From positions 422,892 through 486,891 of the forward strand of contig JBJBDL010000003.1 of assembly GCA_047285305.1 (NCBI GenBank): a DNA stretch of 64,000 nt, given 5' to 3'. Position 1 is the stretch's first letter. Each line of letters opens with the position of its first letter. Under the pieces are notes generated by a model. The model saw only the letters and a list, made by a program, of their open reading frames with translations, made no database searches and was not told the DNA's origin. Made by a program: the position numbers and the translations under genes. Below, one piece after another: positions 60,013 through 64,000 of the stretch. Source of the DNA: Synechococcus sp. GTDB taxonomy: Bacteria > Cyanobacteriota > Cyanobacteriia > PCC-6307 > Cyanobiaceae.

Positions 60013-60026
60013 GTAGCAATTGCTAC
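60013..60026. promoter_or_regulatory. Perfect palindromic NtcA-type site GTAGCAATTGCTAC
   Basis: It matches GTA-N8-TAC exactly. It lies 53 nt upstream of the TrpD-like start, with a weak -10-like AAGACT (59989-59984, minus strand) 23 nt downstream. Confidence 0.55.
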
Positions 60027-60032
60027 GAAACT

Positions 60033-60203
60033 TCAGGGCCTGCTCAGCCGGGATAGCCCCTCGAAGCTGCCATGGCGTGGGTGCTGCGGATGGTGGCGTC
60101 CTTCGGCGTAATAGAGCCGCTCCAGCATCAGTTGGGGAGCAGTTGTTGGTGGAAGGAATTGCGCCTGCAACAGGGTCGCCATGGATTGGAAGAATTGGCT
60201 CAT
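60033..60203 (-). CDS. Unlisted 56-aa ORF upstream of the NtcA box
   Basis: My translation is MSQFFQSMATLLQAQFLPPTTAPQLMLERLYYAEGRHHPQHPRHGSFEGLSRLSRP. It occupies the GC-rich part of the spacer and looks more protein-like than the overlapping 120-aa plus-strand ORF. Confidence 0.35.
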   Translation of the reverse strand: MSQFFQSMATLLQAQFLPPTTAPQLMLERLYYAEGRHHPQHPRHGSFEGLSRLSRP

Positions 60204-60324
60204 TGCAAATTTCTTCGTTGGAACTAATTTCCCCCTATCAAGAGTCAGTTGGCTGTGTTTGTTGCTTCAAAATAGGCTGTTGTTTTGTAGTTGATGCTTC
60301 ATTGTTCAGTCAGCGTTTGCGCAA

Positions 60325-60369
60325 CAGTTTCCAAGCTGCTGAGACGTTCCAGCTTGGAACGCTGTTTTT
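60325..60369 (+). terminator. Terminator-like stem plus T5 located 30 nt upstream of the cynS ATG (leader attenuator or sRNA 3' end)
   Basis: 60325-60338 pairs with 60350-60364 (10+3 bp, 11-nt loop) and is followed immediately by TTTTT (60365-60369). Confidence 0.45.
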
Positions 60370-60399
60370 AAAGCGGCCATAACAATTTTTCGTTTAATC

Positions 60400-60885
60400 A
60401 TGACTGTTTCAGCTGTTCCCTCGACCCCGTCGTTGGCAGCTCCTTCTCAGGAGACCGTCACCGCCACCTTGATGGCTGCCAAGAAGGCCAAGGGCATGAG
60501 CTTTGCTGATCTGGAAGCTGCCCTGGGCCTCGATGAGGTCTGGGTTGCATCCCTGTTCTATGGACAAGCCACAGCTTCAAAAGAAGAGGCTGAAAAGCTG
60601 GCTGAGCTGCTTTCCCTTGACCCAGCCATCACTGCCGCTTTGCAGGAGTTTCCAACCAAGGGAAGCCTCGATCCGGTGATCCCCACTGATCCCTTGATCT
60701 ATCGCTTCTACGAGATCATGCAGGTCTATGGCATGCCCCTGAAGGATGTGATCCAGGAGCATTTCGGTGACGGCATCATGAGCGCGATCGACTTCACGCT
60801 TGATGTCGACAAAGTGGAGGATCCCAAAGGTGATCGCGTCAAAATCACCATGTGCGGCAAGTTCCTGCCCTACAAAAAGTGGTGA
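60400..60885 (+). CDS. cynS: Cyanase (cyanate hydratase)
   Basis: 161 aa. [26 protein letters not shown] and [10 protein letters not shown]...[18 protein letters not shown] are the cyanase C-terminal domain pattern. Confidence 0.95.
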   Translation: MTVSAVPSTPSLAAPSQETVTATLMAAKKAKGMSFADLEAALGLDEVWVASLFYGQATASKEEAEKLAELLSLDPAITAALQEFPTKGSLDPVIPTDPLIYRFYEIMQVYGMPLKDVIQEHFGDGIMSAIDFTLDVDKVEDPKGDRVKITMCGKFLPYKKW

Positions 60886-60914
60886 ACAACCAAGTGTCTT
60901 GATTGAAGACATCA

Positions 60915-60938
60915 AGCCCTGCTGTTGCGGGGCTTTTT
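60915..60938 (+). terminator. Intrinsic terminator of cynS (shared with the convergent gene's 3' end)
   Basis: AGCCCTGC-TGTT-GCGGGGCT (8 bp including one G-U pair) followed by a T-run to 60938. A second small hairpin, GTCTT-GATTG-AAGAC, lies at 60896-60910. Confidence 0.7.
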
Positions 60939-61659
60939 ATTGGCGGAATTGTTGGCTCAGTTGGGTGCTGGCCATTTTCCGCCGAACGTCATCATTTAGC
61001 TCCTGGCTCAACTCCAGCAGGCAGCGCTGACTCGCAGGTGTGGCGATGCAACCGAGTGCGCGGAAGGCGGCCTCGGCAACAGGTAGGGAACCGTTGCCAC
61101 AAAGTTCTGCCAGTTTTTCGCTGATCAAAACGCCATCGCGGCGTTGCAGAACCCGAATAGCGGCCACAACGACTGGATCGCGGAAATCACTCAACACCTC
61201 TTGGCAGAACTGCAGCAGTTCGCCGTCGTCGAGGCAGTGGGACCGGAAGCTGAGCAGTTGAAGACCGGCAAGTCGGTGCAGTTGGCCCGGGTGATGCAGG
61301 CAATTCACCACCACCGATTCGGGAACTTCGGCCCCCCAGCAGGCGAGAGCCTGAACCACCATCAGGTTGGCGGCTTCATCGTCCGAGGTTTGCTCGAGTT
61401 GAGCCAACAACCAATCGCGGGCTTCGCTCTGGTGGCACAGCCCTGCCGCCATCACCAAATCGGGGAGAACCCCGTGGATGGCGAGGAGGTCTTGGATCAC
61501 GGGCCAGCCGCGCTCGGCCTGCATGCCCAGTTTTTCGCAGAGGGCTCGCCGCAGATCAACAGAAAAGCTGGGGGAGTAGACCTCCCCCAGCCAAGCGGGC
61601 TCCAAAGGAGCGCGTCGAGATCGGGCGAGCCGTTCCCAGAGAACGGCTTCGTCGTTCAT
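60937..61659 (-). CDS. HEAT-repeat-like protein (function unknown)
   Basis: 240 aa from the ATG at 61659 (MNDEAVLWERL...). The track start at 61806 lies inside the upstream transporter gene. It has helical repeats such as DPVVVAAIRVLQRR and VAEAAFRALGCI. It lies 8 nt downstream of the FNT gene. Confidence 0.7.
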   Translation of the reverse strand: MNDEAVLWERLARSRRAPLEPAWLGEVYSPSFSVDLRRALCEKLGMQAERGWPVIQDLLAIHGVLPDLVMAAGLCHQSEARDWLLAQLEQTSDDEAANLMVVQALACWGAEVPESVVVNCLHHPGQLHRLAGLQLLSFRSHCLDDGELLQFCQEVLSDFRDPVVVAAIRVLQRRDGVLISEKLAELCGNGSLPVAEAAFRALGCIATPASQRCLLELSQELNDDVRRKMASTQLSQQFRQ

Positions 61660-61666
61660 TGATGGA

Positions 61667-62554
61667 TCAGCGGGCACCCAGTTCAGCAGCGAGCTCACGC
61701 TCCAGCTTTTCATCGTGCTCGGTGGGCAGCACGTTCTCCATCGGCGTGCGATGGGTGCTGTAGAAGAGCATGCCGATGAACACCATGCCGCCCACGATGT
61801 TGCCAAGGGTGACAGGCAGGAAGTTCCAGAAGATCACCTTGGTGAAGGGGACGCCTGAACCGAGGATCGGACCAGCGGTGTGGAGGAACTGGTTCACAAC
61901 GATGTGCTCCATGCCCATCGATTGGAAGGCGGTGATCGGAAGCCAGCAGGCCAGGATCTTGCCGGGAACGCTCTTGCTCACCAGAGCCATGGTCACGCCC
62001 AGGCAAACCAACCAGTTGGCCACGAGTCCGCGCAGGAAGGCGAGGAAGAAGCCCATGCTTCCCAGGGCCTCGTACTTCTTCTCCACGTTGATTTGATTGA
62101 GGGCCATGATTTTCTGGGCCACGGCATCCCAGATCGGCGGGCCGACGTTGTCAGCAGCGCCATCCATGGTGCCGCTGGTGAGGCTGATGGCCATGATCAC
62201 GGCCACAACGGCGGTGCCGATCCAGTTGCCGATCCACACCCAGACCCAGTTGCGGAAGGTGGCACCCCAGGTGCTCTTGCCGGCCCAGGTGGCCATCGGC
62301 AGCAGGGCGAAGTTGCCTGTCACCAGCTCCATGCCAAACAGCACAATGCTGGCGAAGCCGAAGGGGAACAGCAGCGAGCCCACGAAGGGAGCTTTGACGG
62401 TGATGCCCACGGTGAGGGCCAGGATCACCGCCAGGCCAAGGATGGCCCCGGAGTAAAAGCCACGGATCAGCAGGTTTTTCACGCTGACCGTTGATTTTTT
62501 GCCGCCGGCGGCAATCATGCCGTCGACAAGCTCATTGGGTAGGACGTAGTCCAT
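61667..62554 (-). CDS. Formate/nitrite transporter (FNT) family protein, probable nitrite channel
   Basis: Six TM segments with FNT blocks (FYSGAILGLA, GMELVTGNF, ANWLVCLGV). The start is the ATG at 62554 (MDYVLPNELV...) or the TTG at 62593. Confidence 0.88.
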   Translation of the reverse strand: MDYVLPNELVDGMIAAGGKKSTVSVKNLLIRGFYSGAILGLAVILALTVGITVKAPFVGSLLFPFGFASIVLFGMELVTGNFALLPMATWAGKSTWGATFRNWVWVWIGNWIGTAVVAVIMAISLTSGTMDGAADNVGPPIWDAVAQKIMALNQINVEKKYEALGSMGFFLAFLRGLVANWLVCLGVTMALVSKSVPGKILACWLPITAFQSMGMEHIVVNQFLHTAGPILGSGVPFTKVIFWNFLPVTLGNIVGGMVFIGMLFYSTHRTPMENVLPTEHDEKLERELAAELGAR

Positions 62555-62589
62555 CAGATGAGATTGAGAGTTGGACGAAGGTTTTGATG

Positions 62590-62724
62590 TCAACCGCTGA
62601 TGCGGTTCATCAGGCGGGAGAACAGATCAGGGCTGCCGCCCTGACGGTTGATGGCGGCTCCGTCGCGACCACTGGCGCTGAGCCAGTTGACGAAACGAGA
62701 GAACACGTCGTTGCGGTTGGCCAT
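62590..62724 (-). CDS. Unlisted 44-aa ORF with an internal tandem repeat, between nirA and the FNT gene
   Basis: My translation is MANRNDVFSRFVNWLSASGRDGAAINRQGGSPDLFSRLMNRISG. It has two copies of D-[VL]-F-S-R-[FL]-[VM]-N-x-[LI]-S. It is on the same strand as its neighbours and has GC3-rich codons. Confidence 0.45.
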   Translation of the reverse strand: MANRNDVFSRFVNWLSASGRDGAAINRQGGSPDLFSRLMNRISG

Positions 62725-62794
62725 GACGGTGAGGGGGAGTGGTCGATGCGGGGAGCCGTGACTTCAAAAGGAAGCGTCACGGCCACAGCAGCGA

Positions 62795-64000
62795 TCAGGC
62801 CTTCGGGGTGGCCCCGAACTTCTCGATCAACACCTCTTTGAGAGCGGTCTTGATCTCATCGGCCGGGATCGCCTTGCGGTGGATTTCGCCGATGCTCGGG
62901 TTGGCGCCTTGGGAACCACCGATGGTCATCGTGTAGCCCTCTCCCATCACGCCTTCACTGTTTTTGGCCTTGGTGCCGGTGAGGCCGATGGCACCCATGT
63001 AGGCCTGGCCGCAGGTGTTGGGGCAACCGGTCCAGTGGATCTTCAGCTCTTCAGGAAGATTGAGCTCTTGGTCGAGTTCCTTGGCTGCTTCGAGCGCTTG
63101 GTCTTTGGTGTTGGTGAGGGCGAAACCGCAGTAGGTGTTGCCGGTGCAGGACACCGTTCCTGCGGAGATGTGACCGGGTTCCAGCGGGAAGCGTTGCACC
63201 AGGGCGTCTGCCTTCAGGGCGTCGAGCTTGTCGTTGGGAAGGCCAACGAGGATGACGTTCTGATCTTCGGTGAGACGCACTTCACCACTGCCGTAGTTGA
63301 GGCTGGCGGTTGCGAGATCCTGCAGATCCTGGGCGGTCAGGCGACCCACCGGAACGTGCAGTCCGGCGTAGGAGAGCCCTTCCTGTTTCTGAGGATGGTA
63401 GCCGTAGTGGGAGCGGGGCGTGGTGTTGAAAACAGAGCCCGGGTCGGGGGTCAACGGACCGAAGAGTTCTTCCACCTGGCTGCGGAACACGTCGTGGCCC
63501 ACTTGATCCAGGTAGAGGCGGAAGCGGCCTTTGGGGCGCTTGTCGCGCTCACCGTTGTCACGCCAGAGCCGGATCACGGCATCGGTCATCTTGCAGATTT
63601 CCTCTGGCTTCACCCAGGCGTTCAAGGGAACGGCATAGGCGTTCATTTGCGATGACAGAACACCGCCGATCCAGACGCCAAATCCCATCACCCCATCCCG
63701 TTCCACGGGGTGGAAAACGATGTCGTTGTGGAGCAGAAAATTGTCTTTCGCACCGGCAACGGCGGTGTTCCACTTGCGGGGCAGGTTCGAATACTCCGGG
63801 TTGCCCTGGCAGTTGTTGGTCAGGAAGTTCTGCAGCTCGGTGGTGTAGGGCCGCGTGTCGACGATCTCGTTGGGATCGATGCCGGCGATGGGGTTGCCGG
63901 TGACGTTGCGGGGGTTGTCGAAGCCGGATTGGATCGTGCTCAGGCCGGCTTCCTTCAAACGCTTAAGGATTTCAGGCAGGTCGCCCAGCAGCACGCCGCG
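62795..64000 (-). CDS. nirA: Ferredoxin-nitrite reductase; 5' end beyond the right window edge
   Basis: Siroheme/4Fe-4S cysteine motifs (SCTGNTYCGFAL, HWTGCPNTCGQ). The frame stays open through 64000, so the GTG start given by the track at 63994 is not the true start. Confidence 0.93.
   Translation of the reverse strand, partial: RGVLLGDLPEILKRLKEAGLSTIQSGFDNPRNVTGNPIAGIDPNEIVDTRPYTTELQNFLTNNCQGNPEYSNLPRKWNTAVAGAKDNFLLHNDIVFHPVERDGVMGFGVWIGGVLSSQMNAYAVPLNAWVKPEEICKMTDAVIRLWRDNGERDKRPKGRFRLYLDQVGHDVFRSQVEELFGPLTPDPGSVFNTTPRSHYGYHPQKQEGLSYAGLHVPVGRLTAQDLQDLATASLNYGSGEVRLTEDQNVILVGLPNDKLDALKADALVQRFPLEPGHISAGTVSCTGNTYCGFALTNTKDQALEAAKELDQELNLPEELKIHWTGCPNTCGQAYMGAIGLTGTKAKNSEGVMGEGYTMTIGGSQGANPSIGEIHRKAIPADEIKTALKEVLIEKFGATPKA

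Noticed and set aside
60020-60382. 120-aa plus-strand ORF filling the TrpD-like/cynS spacer
   Set aside because: It starts at a TTG inside the NtcA palindrome and its translation is compositionally odd (Cys/Gly/Arg-rich, then Phe/Cys-rich). It also runs through the AT-rich promoter-like DNA and the terminator hairpin. The opposite-strand 56-aa frame plus regulatory elements explains the region better.
1-64000. HIP1 (GCGATCGC) palindromes, CRISPR arrays, IS elements, integrases, rRNA/tRNA genes, toxin-antitoxin or defence-island signatures
   Set aside because: I spotted only a handful of GCGATCGC copies by eye (e.g. near 2946, 20382, 34415 and 42815). That is too few for me to claim enrichment without counting. 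I saw no direct-repeat/spacer arrays, no transposase- or recombinase-like ORFs, and no compositional island apart from short AT-rich promoter spacers.

Overview
The window is a GC-rich, tightly packed chromosomal segment, with most spacers under 100 bp. Its proteins look like those of a marine picocyanobacterium (Synechococcus-like): PsbQ/CyanoQ, cyanase, ferredoxin-nitrite reductase, sucrose-phosphate synthase, a Tic20-like protein and a glycine-rich RRM protein. I can support about 55 protein genes, almost all housekeeping. They cover chaperones (dnaJ, grpE, dnaK), purine synthesis (purF, purL, purT, purU), arginine synthesis (argG, argH), aromatic amino-acid synthesis (aroE, a DAHP synthase) and replication/repair (dnaN, recN, uvrA, a gyrA paralogue). 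The rest include ftsY, nusB, mraY, acnB, ppk1 and a group-2-like sigma factor. From memory, the order dnaN / PRC-barrel ORF / purL / purF / gyrA-like / TPR / queG ... nusB / ftsY / PP2C / argH / rbp matches the start of marine Synechococcus and Prochlorococcus reference chromosomes. The dnaN-thrC spacer (about 22.15-22.44 kb) carries a cluster of DnaA-box-like motifs and is a candidate oriC. The right end (58.9-64 kb) is a nitrogen-assimilation cluster: a TrpD-like gene, an NtcA box, cynS, and nirA-orf44-FNT transporter-HEAT protein. By eye I found no rRNA, tRNA, CRISPR array, transposase, integrase or phage-like gene. I did not find a convincing new multi-gene system. The most interesting material is several coding-looking ORFs below the 60-aa cut-off of the supplied track, one ORF lacking a canonical start next to a T5 run, and terminator-like or operator-like structures in the nitrogen cluster. 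dnaJ at the left edge and the 5' part of nirA at the right edge run off the window. All coordinates of small elements were indexed by hand against ORF-track anchors and should be re-verified computationally.
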